Positions 12,420-23,964 of a stretch of DNA of 64,000 bases are shown one piece after another. Position numbers and translations under genes: made by a program. Location of the stretch: contig NC_043008.1 of the NCBI RefSeq assembly GCF_006345805.1, positions 65,472,001 through 65,536,000 of the forward strand, in the 5' to 3' direction. Origin of the DNA: Octopus sinensis. Its lineage: Eukaryota. The notes beneath the pieces were generated by a model. That model made no database searches, was not told where the DNA came from, and worked only from the letters and a program-made list of their open reading frames with translations. Position 1 is the first letter of the stretch. The number at the start of each line of letters is the position of its first letter.

Positions 12420-13370
12420 CGATGCTTTTTTGTTATATCCACAATATGTTTGTTTAAATATCAATATGCAAACCACAAGTAAAACATGTTCTGTTGTTTG
12501 TTGAACCAGAATATTATAGTATGCTGTTGGAGGTGGTTCACATAGTTCCATCAGGTGTTTGAGAATTCTGTGAACTCCAGCTCGGATTCTTTGCGGGAAC
12601 TTTATTAGAGGTTGAAACCATTTCATTTCCATCGGAATTTTTTTCTCATTTGAGTATCGTGCTTAATATTAAGTAGTCACTGACATTCAGTCGTTAATTG
12701 TTGTCAGGAAATGTCGTCTAATATGTCCAATTTAGCTAGGACATGATTTCTTATATTATCACATCTTGGTAATGTCAGGCCACATAAGTAATGTAGTCTC
12801 TTAAATTGGTCATTAGTCATTGTCTGTCTTATATTTTTCACAATCATTGTTTATACTCCTAGTATATGCAATAAAACTTTCTTCAGGGCATTTTTATAAT
12901 TTCGAACATTTATATCTGATGTTAAACATTGAAGATGTTTCAACAAACATGTTTGTAAGTTGATCCACTGTAGTTTTAAAGTCAAATTTATTAGATTATT
13001 TGGATAATACAAATTTAAAGTACTTGTTGCATTCAGTGCTGCCCAGGTTACATATTAATAGTCTTACCTTACTTGAATCATCTAGTTCCGTTGCTACAAT
13101 GACAAAAAGATCTTCATAACGGTCATACTAAGATGCAAAAGTTATTTCGGTTTGATCGTCATCTTCAAAAGTAGGAAGCATCTCATAACTTTTGATGTGG
13201 TATCCCTTTGATTATTTAACTGATGTAGTTGAATTTGACAATATAAACTTGTTAACTAAAGCTGCTAAAATATCCACTTTGTGCTTGTCACTTTGTTTTG
13301 ACACTTCTAAGGACTCTCTAGTCAATGAGTTCTCCAGTACTTTCCATTTTAATATTCGTCGCGAAATAAT
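12420..13370 (-). mobile_element. Decayed Ty3/Gypsy (Mag/K02A2.6-like) gag region with PBS-like site
   Basis: Minus translation TFAS*YDRYEDLFVIVATELDDSSKVRLLICNLG...SMFNIRYKCSKL...DQFKRLHYLCGL...QLTTECQ*LLNIKHDT matches Mag-type Gag. Decayed zinc knuckle downstream. Upstream ...AACA-TTATTTCGCGACG resembles an LTR end plus TGGCGACG PBS. Confidence 0.85.
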
Positions 13371-13816
13371 GTTACAATGCAGGAATAAATAATAATGATA
13401 TTGTGCTCAGATAATGATTTTATTAATGAACGAAAATTATTTTTAAAATTCCAAAACGAAATTGGTAAACTATAATTCAAATTGTCTACAGTGTAAATTA
13501 AGAATACTAAAAACAAGCGACCCGAGATGTAAAAGAATTAATCCATTACATGAGTGAACGTATAAAGAATGTCACGTAATAGTGTCAATAAAGTGTCATA
13601 TGTTTGGATGAATAAAGGTTAATCGATGTAGGAGTAGGAAAACGTCATGAGATCGAATCATACCACATGACTGGATGATTAAATATATACAATAAAAATG
13701 ATTTGTGTCGAGACAATCGTGATATCTCACTCTTTACTATATAATACCTTTTTTTGTTTTCCTTCTTACTTGGAGTGTAGATGCATACATGAATGCATCT
13801 TATTTTATTTCAAACC

Positions 13817-14024
13817 GGTGAACTAGCAGACTCGTTAGCATGCCGAACAAAATGCTTAGCGGTATTTTGCCCATTTTTACGTTCTGGGTTCAAATGTCAC
13901 CTTGGTCTACTTTGCGTTTCAACTTTGGGGACCGCTAAAGTAAGAACCAGTTCAGCACTGGGGTCGATGTGGTCGACTTACCACATTTCTCGAAATTGCT
14001 GACCTTCTGTCAAAATTTGAAACC
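13817..14024 (+). mobile_element. SINE family B
   Basis: ggtgaactagcagactcgttagcatgccgaacaaaatgcttagcggtatt...gggttcaaat...ctggggtcgatg. Confidence 0.85.
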
Positions 14025-14093
14025 AAGATTTTATCTACCTTTCAAACTCTCTCACTCTCCCTATTGCATATATGTGCAATTTAGTATTATCAT

Positions 14094-14381
14094 TGGCCTA
14101 GTGGTTAGAGTATTGCCTTCACAATCGCGAGATCGTGGTTTCAATTCCTAGACCGGGTGATGTGTTGTGTTCTTGAGCAAAACACTTAATCCCGTGTTGC
14201 TCTATGATCACTTCGCACTTGACGCATGATACACAGTGCACCAGTTCAGGCAACGGCGATTTGATGGAGAGAGTGAGCAAATGTGCAGCACATTCACTTG
14301 ATCACTATAAACAAATTATTTGTACAGATCGTTTGGCCAATGTTGAACACTCATACCTCGTCCTCGACGGGAGAATCCGTC
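14094..14381 (+). mobile_element. tRNA-derived SINE family D
   Basis: A-box tggcctagtggttag, B-box ggtttcaattcc, then gtgttcttgagcaaaacactt; (ATT)n tail. Confidence 0.8.
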
Positions 14382-14434
14382 ATTATTATTATATGAAATC
14401 TGTTAGCTTTATTGTGAGCATGATCACAACCAAG

Positions 14435-14590
14435 TGTTACCATTACGGTCTGAGTTTCAAATTTCGCCGAGGCCAATTTGCGTTTCATCTTTTCGGGGCC
14501 GATAAAATAAGTACCAGTCAAATATTGGAATCGATGCAATGGACCTATCTCCTCCGCCAAATTTCAGGCCTTCTGCTTATAGTAGAAAGG
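14435..14590 (+). mobile_element. SINE family B (5'-truncated)
   Basis: gagtttcaaatttcgccgagg...ttcggggccgataaaataagtaccag. Confidence 0.85.
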
Positions 14591-14626
<36 letters not shown>

Positions 14627-15135
14627 GAGTTAGAGATCAGCGCATGTCATCAAAGTGAAACTGGGGTAGAATATACGAAGCCTAGTACACCCATCATAAC
14701 TACCCGTCTGATAAGGGTATACTAAGCATATGCATCACAACCATATCAAGATAAACAGCACATGACCTAGCAGGTGGGACCCAGTTGGAATTTTCTTCAG
14801 GTCGAGTAGCCCATCCCGCTCAAAAGGTCCCTGAATAAGGGTTTTTTAAGTATGTTGAACGAAACACCCATGTTTCCAGAGGTGAATTATTCAAACCCCA
14901 AAGAACCCCTCTCAACACATGATTATGATGCTCGCCCACTACTTCTACTCGTGATCAGAGATGTACATATCATCAGCCACTAAGGGATATGGTCACCTGT
15001 TTAAGGTCAAACAACTGATAAGCAAATCTGTGGTATTGAGCAGAATATTTGCTGTAGCCCATCTTTTATACGAAGACAAAACAACGTACATGATAACACT
15101 TCCTATCAGTTAAGATCAGAAGCCACAAGAGCCAC
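14627..15135 (-). mobile_element. ~555-bp non-coding element, copy 2, between (TTA)n tracts
   Basis: Reverse complement of 4422-4977; (TTA)n at 14591-14626 and 15142-15245. Confidence 0.85.
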
Positions 15136-15303
15136 AATGATATTATCATTATTATTATTATTATTATTTTTATTATCATTATTATTATTATTTTTATTAT
15201 TATTATTATTATTATTATTAATATTATTATTATTATTATTATTATCTTCATCATCATCATCATCATCATCATTATCATCATCATCATCATCATCATCATT
15301 AAA

Positions 15304-15480
15304 GTGGTAAGCTGGCAGAACCGTTAGAACGCCTGGCAGAATTCTTAGCGGTATTTAGTCTGTCTTTACATTCTAATTTAAGATTCCGCTGAGGCCGAAT
15401 TTTCCATTTATCCTTTCGTGAAGGTCGATAAAATAAGTATCAGTTGGGTACTGGTATTGTTGAAATCGATACCAGTACTC
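15304..15480 (+). mobile_element. SINE family B, decayed
   Basis: ggtaagctggcagaaccgttagaacgcc...ggtcgataaaataagtatcag. Confidence 0.8.
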
Positions 15481-16624
15481 AACTGAAATCGAATATGAAT
15501 GTATACGCACGAACGGAAGGACAACTAACCAAAATATAGTAGAATAACCTGCGACATTAAATTGACAAAATTTTGAATAGCACAAGGATGGAAACAAATG
15601 AAAAAGGAGCTTTTTTAATAAAAAGAGAGAAGGAATGATAAAATTCCAGAACGCAAGAATATTCCAGAAGCTTATAAGTATCCAGCAACTTATTTTCGAC
15701 AGATGCAGTGACAATGTATTATCGGTCATAGAAGAGCGACGAAATTTCATAATAGAATACAGTATTATGAAAGAAAGGAAAATTGAATATAATGCTTGCT
15801 AATATTCTCTGAAATGGCTAAAATGATTTTTATATGATGTAATTGTTTAAGTTTGGATACACATACGTGAGTCATGTGATTTGTCTTACAGATAAAATAC
15901 CGAAATATACAAAAGTGTACGTGTGGCCGCGCATGTCTATGTGTACGTGCCTGTTTGTGCGTGAATGTGTGATTTTCTGTGTTTGTTTAAGAGAGCGAGG
16001 CCGAAGGGAGAAAGATAGGCAGATGAGTAAATTGACCGACAGTTTATGTATATAAGTGCATTTATAATTATATTTTGTTTGAGCTGTGATAGAGGGACAC
16101 GAACATGCTCAAGTCAGATATATTTTTCACATAGTGACTGTCGTCAATAGGACCATATATCCAGGATACGGTTTTGTTCGACGAGATTTGCTGAACGTCC
16201 GTACAAAACAAAAAAATATAGGTTGCCTTCGCTTATATTGACATAATTGTTTAAATTGCACTGACCTTGTTGTCCCTAGGCGTCGATTATCCTTCATTAT
16301 ATGTTCAGAGATTCTGTGTTTAGTTTAAGTGTTAATAAGGTGTAACTGAGTTATGTATCAGCAGGGAGAAATAAGCTCATTTCCTTTGTTTATGAAGTTT
16401 CGCTGTAAAACAAATATCACAGTACTTCGATGCATTTATCAAAACCAGTGATCATATAACAATTTCTAAACTATCCAAGTGTAATTTAAACAATCGTCAT
16501 TTCAGGAAATATTTCTTCCTTGTTTACTACTGACCCAAGTCGTATAGTATAAAACTATTGTATACTTGGTAATCTAGTTCAACCAGTATATGCAAAAACA
16601 CACAGGGACCGCTGAACTCTACAT

Positions 16625-16970
16625 GTTATTTTCATTCTCTCTCTGTTTATTTCCTCTTATTCATTTCTGCTGAAGAGCGTAAACTCGAAACGTAAAAGTA
16701 TTTTTCATTTTTACCCGAGCGTCAAGCTAATACACATGCTCGTCTTTTGTTTTTGAATAAATTAATTGCTCGAAATACGGATTAGAAAAACAGTCGACAA
16801 CTGATGAAGGGTCGTTCTTACTGTTGTTTGTCTTGTTTTCCATTTGATTCTTTCGTTGTTCGCAAAAAAAGTTCATATTCCATGTCCTCGTACTTCGTAT
16901 GTTTTGTTATTTACGTCTTGTGATGTCCTGTGCCCAATTATGCATATGTATATACATATACAAGTAAGTA
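16625..16970 (+). mobile_element. Penelope-like terminal remnants with a hammerhead-like motif at ~16662-16700
   Basis: ctgaaga-gcgtaaactc-gaaac-gta. Related in reverse orientation to 62068-62260. A second CTGATGA-containing segment follows at 16800. Confidence 0.55.
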
Positions 16971-17020
16971 TGTACGTATACATATCTATATACGAATATA
17001 TATGTATTATTTATATTATA

Positions 17021-17532
17021 CTAGCAGTATCGCCCGGCGTTGCTCGGGTTTGTAAGGGAAATAACTATATAAGCATTTTTAGAAAGTTACTTCCCTTATA
17101 GATGCCAATTCGGGCCTTCTTAGCCATTTCTGTTTTGGTGTCTTCAAGCCATGAAGTCGTTGTTCTAAAAGAACGCTGGTCTCCTTGACAACGCTTTACG
17201 ACGTTGATTTCCTTACACTCCCTTCCCCACAGCTTCACGAGGGAGGGAAGAAGGGGGAAAAGCAACACAGGTGCAGGTGTGACCATGGACGCCAACTCCG
17301 CCGCCATCGACACACGAAAAAATATGCATTAAAATGGAATAAAAAATGATGTTAAATTATTTTTAAAATCGTAGACTCATAGTAGACGCGCGCTGATAGC
17401 CAGACGGGCTCGATATGAATAACGACTATAAGATACCAGAATTTGGTTAAACTGCACCGCAAAATGTGGGAGTGGTTAGGAATCTAAATCGAAGGGGACA
17501 GACACTCACACAACTACAGTTTTATATATAGA
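17021..17532 (-). mobile_element. Non-autonomous Helitron, copy 1
   Basis: Minus strand starts TC, ends CTAG preceded by hairpin cccgagcaacgccggg, and sits between A and T with no TSD. Near-identical to 43086-43596. Confidence 0.9.
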
Positions 17533-17550
17533 TATATATATATATATGTA

Positions 17551-17800
17551 TATATTGGCAGGGCTGGCCTGCTAGGTAGCCGGCCACTTGAATTATGCAA
17601 GTAATTCTTTTGTTAAGACCGAAACCGAGGTATGCATTTAAGTCTGTTATTTATATAATTTTTCATATGTCCTGCCCGCCAAAGTTGGTTCTGGTGTTCG
17701 CTGAATTCTTCCTCTAGAGAATTTCCCTTGTAGTTTGGTCGTTGATGATCTTTTTCTAGCATTCTGGCCGGCTACCTAGCAGGCCAGCCCTGCCAATATA
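17551..17800. mobile_element. 250-bp MITE-like element with perfect 36-bp GC-rich inverted termini
   Basis: tatattggcagggctggcctgctaggtagccggcca at 17551-17586 and its exact reverse complement at 17765-17800. Confidence 0.8.
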
Positions 17801-17898
17801 CACATATATTTGAATTTTCTCTGACTCCTCAGATTTTTTGAATGCTGGACTACTGGTTTTAAATTTATATTAAAATTAATATTAATTTGTCTCCCTCA

Positions 17899-17959
<61 letters not shown>

Positions 17960-19312
17960 CATATATACACATACATATATAGGTATATATGTATGTACAT
18001 AAGTATGTACAAATATATACACACACAGGTATGGATACGAATATATGCACCGATAAATTTGTCGGAATACCGCCTTTTATATATAATCACTGCTCTCTAA
18101 TACATATGAAAACGAAGGCTTATAAGAGAACTCGGTAACCTCTCAATCATAATCGTTAATAATAATAATAATAACAATAATAATAATAACAATAATAATA
18201 ATAATAATAATAATAATACGAACAATAATAATGAATGTTCCGGTTACCTTTATATTATTATTATCGTTGCTATTGTTGTTGAAGGTGATGACGACGACGA
18301 CGACGATGATGATGCCCATGATCATGATGAGCATGATGATGATGCTGGTGATGATGTTGTTGTTGTTGTTGTGTTGTTGTTGTTGTTGTTGTTGTTACTG
18401 CTGTTGCTATTGTCATAATCGTCATTTTAACAACCACATTAAGTGCAGAAGCATCAGTAATATCACTTGAGGAATATGCTAAGAAGAAATTATAAAAGAT
18501 GCTAATCAAAGAAGTTAGCTATGTGTGTGGAGCAGGATATTGACATACATCCAATATTCAATTCAGTTTTATCACATTGTTTCAAAGATGTGCGCTTGTC
18601 TTCGTATGTGCAGGCTTTTGTATTTATGCACATGAGTAAGTTACAGTTATCAGTTCTTGTGTATTTATATGTGTGTTCGTGTGCTGCATATACGAGTGTG
18701 AATGTGTGTATTTACTTATCTCTATATCAATATATGCGCACGCAAGTCTGTCTATGTGTATGTGCGTGTGCCCCTGTGCTTTTAGGGGTTGTGAGTGTAT
18801 TTTGTACACCTGTGTTCAGTTCAACTCGATCAGAGTTGTTCGAAAACCGAGGTACTACTGTGTATATATATATATATATATATATGTATTTATATATATG
18901 TATTTATATATATATGTATTTATATATATATGTATGTATATATATATGTATGTATATATATATGTATGTATATATATATGTATGTATATATATATATATA
19001 TGTATGTATATATACACAAATACATACACATACACATATATGTGCATCTATATTTGTGACTGTGTATGAGTGTGTGTGTGTGTGTGTGCATCCTTATATG
19101 TGTTGGTGTATGGATTCGTACGCTTATCGACATATGCGTGCGCCTTTGAGTAAGTGTAAGTACAAATCCGAACAACTACGAAGATTCCAACTCAAGAATG
19201 CATCACTGGAATATATCACTGAAACTCTAGAAAACTACTGGAGTGCATACAAATGATATAAGCCTAAATTATTCTTTGATTTCACCTCAGTAGGATAGGC
19301 AGATGTTAAAAA

Positions 19313-19352
<40 letters not shown>

Positions 19353-19637
19353 AGATACGGAAAAGTCGGAGAGCGAGACGAAACAACAATGAGGGGCACA
19401 GGGATTGAAAAACTAAAGGAGAAAAATGGTAAAAAAGGAGTTCGGAAATAGTAAAAACTTAGAGATCATATAAGAAACATATGTGTGCATACGTTTGCAT
19501 GTTTACACACACACACATATATACATACATATATATATATATAAATATATATATAAATAAATATATATATATATACATATATATACACATACATATATAT
19601 ACATATATATACACATACATATATATATATGTGAATA

Positions 19638-19668
<31 letters not shown>

Positions 19669-19679
19669 GTATATATATG

Positions 19680-19752
<73 letters not shown>

Positions 19753-19771
19753 TATGCATACATGCATGCAT

Positions 19772-19924
19772 TGGCTGTGTGGTAAGTAGCTTGCTAACCA
19801 GCCACATGGTTCCGAGTTCAGTCCCACTGCGTGGCATCTTGGGCAAGTGTCTTCTGCTATAGCCCCGGGCCGACCAATGCCTTGTGAGTGGATTTGGTAG
19901 ACGGAAACTGAAATAAGCCTGTCG
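19772..19924 (+). mobile_element. SINE family A, 5' half
   Basis: tggctgtgtggtaagtagcttgc...gagttcagtccc...ttgggcaagtgtcttc. Confidence 0.9.
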
Positions 19925-19926
19925 TA

Positions 19927-19995
<69 letters not shown>

Positions 19996-20717
19996 TGAGT
20001 GAGAGAGAGAGAAAGAGATTATACAAACTTGCAACGCAAAGCAATAAACATTTTCAAAGATATGAACGAAATATTAATTTTCAAACAATACAAAACTAGT
20101 TGCACCCTATAGGATTATTAGCTATATTCAATATTTCATGTGACCGCCCTTGCTTTCAATGACTGCATTAAGTCTTCTGGGCATAAAGTCGAGTAATTTC
20201 CTCATATAACCAATGAAATTAACCTTCATTCATCCGAAATGATGTTTTTCAAACTGTGTTACATTGAAATGTTTTTGCCCCTCAATCTTGCTTTTCAAAA
20301 CACACCACAGATGTTCAATTGGGTTTAAATCTGGTGACATGGTAGGCCAAGGTAATACCTTTACATTTTATCAGATAAAAACTTATCTAATACAGTGTGT
20401 TTAGGGCACTAGGAAGGCATTCCATATTGAAACATAGAATGCCTTCCTAGTGCCCTGATTGTTTTTCTGCAATATGTCAAAATAAAGCTTTGAATCCATT
20501 GATCTCTCGATAAGTGTGAGTCCTCCCCCACTAGCCACACTCATGCATCCCAAGGCATAACATTTCCGCCGCTGTGTTTCCCGGTAGGCACGGTGCATTT
20601 TTCGCTATTTTCTTTACCTGGCCGTCACCATAGACGTGTAATTTTCATCTGACCCAAAGAAATTGATTTTAGTCTCGCCAGAAAATAGAATTTTATTCCA
20701 AAAATTCTTCACCTTAC

Positions 20718-21152
20718 TTACATAGGCTTCGTCAAAAGAAAGATGACTTCATTTATGCCAGATAGTGAGGAGAGGAGGTGGTTCCTACGAGGAATGCGTC
20801 GATAAAGACAACACTGGTTCAAACTTCGGCGAACTGTTTGGGCGCATACATTTTTTCCACTAACGGAAGACACTTCTTTAGCCAAAGATGACGCGGTACG
20901 ATGCCTATCATCCATCATGCAACGTTGGATGTGACAAATATCACGCACAGTTAAAATAGAAGTATGACCTGGACGATGTTTATTGCTTAGCTGTCCAGTA
21001 GCTTTGTATTTCTGAATTACTTTGGCAACTGTGTTTATGCTATTATGTACTCGTTTGCTAATTAACTTGTATCCTAAACCATTCTTGTGCGAACTAAAAA
21101 TAATTTTCTTCAAATCTTCAGACAGTTCTTTTCCTTTGGTGCCATTTTAATC
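20718..21152 (-). pseudogene. Tc1 transposase N-terminal DNA-binding region
   Basis: ORF 20718..21113 extends upstream to MAPKGKEL; downstream frame broken. Confidence 0.9.
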
Positions 21153-21428
21153 ACAATGAAGAAGATTTTCACCACAGTACACAAATCAGAATTCCTGCAG
21201 ATGCAATAAGAATGTCCAGTGCAAAAAGGCTAGGAGTAATAAATTATTAGAAATGAAATTATCAGCAAGATCTAAATTTACTAAAGAAAACAAGAGGACA
21301 AAATATTGAAAATAGCAAATTTCCTTTAAGGTGTACAAATGTTTTAACGCTTGAAAATTAATATTCCGTTCATAACTTTAAAAATATTTATTGATTTACG
21401 TTCAAAAATTGTATGATGTTTGCATGTA

Positions 21429-22401
21429 CGAGGGGTGTTCAATAAGTAATGGCCCTGACCCACTTCCCATAGCAGTAGAGCAACGAAACTTGGCACAGTT
21501 ATTAGTCTTTTTCTACATAGGAACCACCCAGAGTTACGCATTTCTCCCATCGTTTGATGCAGCTCTGGAGACCGTTTTTGTAGAAGACCCCAGCTTGGTC
21601 CTCCAACCACGACGTGACTTCAGAAATCACGGCTGCATCATCTGGGAAACGCTTTCCTTTCAAAAACAACTTCATGGCTGGGAAGAGGTGAAAATAAGAG
21701 GGTGCAAGGTCAGGAGAGTAGGTGGATGGGGGAGGAGTTCATAGCCGCACGCCTGTGCTTCTGATCTGGCGACACGCGAGTTGTGAACCGGATCGTTGTT
21801 CTGCAAGAGGAGGATGCCTTTGCTGATCTTGCCCCGCCTCTTGATTTTGATAGCTTCTCTTAATTTCCTCAAAAGTGAAGCATAATAGGCTCCTGTAATT
21901 GTGGTACCCTTTGCCAGGAAATCTGTCATCACTACTCCGTCCTGGTCCCAGAAGACTGTGAGCATGACCTTGCCAGCGGAGGGTTGCACCCTTGCCTTCT
22001 TTAGAGGAGATGAGTCACGGTGCTTCCACTGCATTGACTGGGCTTTGGTCTCTGGATCATAGTGATGGATCCAGGTTTCATCCTGTGTAATCAGTATTTT
22101 GAAAAATTTTGACTCATCTTCTTGGCATATCTCCAAATTCATCCTGGAGCACTCGACGCGTTCTTGCTTCTGGAAAGGTGTGAGGAACCTGGGAATCCAT
22201 CTGGCAGACACCTTTTGCATATACAAATGGTCATGAATGATAGTTTCCACAGACCCCATACTAATCTTGACCTCATGGGCTATTTGGCGAATAGTTATGC
22301 GTCGATCTTCCAAATATCTATAGAGATATAAGTAATTGCACATGCAAGCTTTCAGCTAGATCAAACAACTGCAAGAGGCATTACTTATTGAACGCCCCTC
22401 G
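21429..22401 (-). mobile_element. mariner (DD34D) element, 973 bp, 5'-internally deleted
   Basis: TIRs cgaggggtgttcaataagtaatg / cattacttattgaacgcccctcg (22 of 23 match), TA on both sides. Motifs WIPRFLT, ITQDETWIHHYDPE and YSPDLAPS. Confidence 0.97.
21490..22343 (-). pseudogene. mariner transposase pseudogene
   Basis: 223-aa ORF plus frameshift at HPP/YSPDL. Second catalytic D is N (LLQNND), third is Y (APSY); first HTH missing. Confidence 0.95.
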
Positions 22402-22587
22402 TATATATTCTACTCAGTATAGATTTCGTTTGACTTCCTTCGACATTATCCGAGTAATAGCAATTTTACAGAAATGTTTCAGGTGTGTACTTACTTCTGT
22501 GAGACACTGTATATATATATTTCATTTTTATATTTGGTTTGCAAGACTTTTTTTTGTCCCCAGGCACAACAATAATGTACTCTATTA

Positions 22588-22953
22588 CTCTTTTACTTGC
22601 TTCATTCATTTGACTGTGCCCATGCTGGAGCACCGCCTTTAGTCGGGCTAATCGACCCCAGGACTTGTTTTTTGAAAGCCTAGTACATATTCTATCATTC
22701 ATTTTTGCAGAACCGCTACGTTACGGGGACGTAAACACACCAGCATCGGTCGTCAAGCGATGTCGTGGGGACAAACACAGACACACAAAGACACACATAT
22801 ATATATATACATATATACCAAATCCACTCACAAGGCTTTGGCCGGCCCGAGGCTATAGTAGAAGACATTTGCCCAAGGTGTCACGCAGTGAGACTGAACC
22901 CGGAACCATGTGGTTGGTAAGCAAGCTACTTACCACACAGTCACACCTGCGCC
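22588..22953 (-). mobile_element. SINE family A, full length
   Basis: Both halves present with internal (CA)/(TA) tract. Confidence 0.9.
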
Positions 22954-22954
22954 A

Positions 22955-22985
<31 letters not shown>

Positions 22986-22989
22986 TATA

Positions 22990-23822
22990 CAGGGTGGCAT
23001 GGGTAAATTGTCGCCATTTTATATTTTTAATTTCGCGCATGCGCACTGTCTTTGATTTCCTCGACTACACAGCATAGTAGAGTCAGCTGGGCACCGTAAG
23101 AAAAACAGCATCATGACGTAATTCACTCTGCTAGGAATCTCGAAACGATATGCTCTACTGCCGAGCATTCGCACCGGAACCTCCAATACGAACATTTCAG
23201 AGTTTTGAGGTATCAGTCTTAGAACACGTACCGAGAATTAATAAAATCAAACATCTAGTCAATATTATGGTGTATGGAGTGATAACCAGTGATGGCAACA
23301 TTATGACTCTTCCTACGCGGCCTCAGAGTCAACACTAGGGTCTACATCAATGCCTGGAGGAGTGAGTGCTGCCCCTGGGCCAAGAGGGTGGCTGCTGGAA
23401 GACCCTATGACTGATAACAAAACTCTGCACGATGGAACACAAGTAGAAGAACCCAGTTATGGCTGTCAGACAATTTTTGCGACCACATCCTCCCTAACAT
23501 CTGGCTACCTAACTCCTCAGACTACAACATTCTTCATTATTAAGTGTGGGGCGCATTTGGGCTAGAGACCAACAAAACACCTTGTAATGCCAAAGATGAA
23601 TTGAAGCAAGAATTATTGCAGCATTTGCTAACTTAAGAAGACTTATAGGAGATATTCTGAAGTCGTCTGGAGGTCATGGTTGAAACCAATGGCGATTTTA
23701 TTGCTTTGTACATTTTTATAGATATTTGTATGTAATTTTTGTAAATATATCTTTTAAAATGAGATGTCAATATTATTTTCATTTTTGCATAATGTAGTGG
23801 ACATTTTATTCATCGCAACTTG
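22990..23822 (+). mobile_element. maT-type (DD37D) Tc1/mariner element, internally deleted and decayed
   Basis: VNIMVYGVITSDG, KRVAAGRPY, TSRRTQLWLSDNFCDHI.PNIWLPNSSD, VWGA..ETNKTPCN.KDEL, LEVMVETNGDFI. Spacing fits DD37D. Weak TIRs (tacagggtggcatg / catcgcaacttgta) with TA flanks. Confidence 0.8.
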
Positions 23823-23907
23823 TATATATACACGAATGAATAGATTATATATGATATAACTATTTTAGATTGACAAGATCATGTAAAGAAGAATGTAATC
23901 AATTTGT

Positions 23908-23954
<47 letters not shown>

Positions 23955-23964
23955 ATATTAAAAA

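Larger units (their letters stand above)
20022..22509 (-). mobile_element. Tc1-family (DD34E) transposon, decayed; right TIR probably interrupted by a mariner
   Basis: MAPKGKELSEDLKKIIFSSHKNGLGYKLISK...(paired-type HTH), DETKINFFGSD, WPTMSPDLNPIEHLW, SKGGHMKY*. Imperfect ~85-bp inverted match 20022-20108 vs 21328-21413. Canonical ...CACTG-TA end at 22505-22511. Confidence 0.9.

Noticed and set aside
18820-18862. Short motif gatcagagttgttcgaaaa shared with about 11805-11835
   Set aside because: Looks like isolated single TIR remnants of a pogo/Tigger-type element; no partner end or body found.
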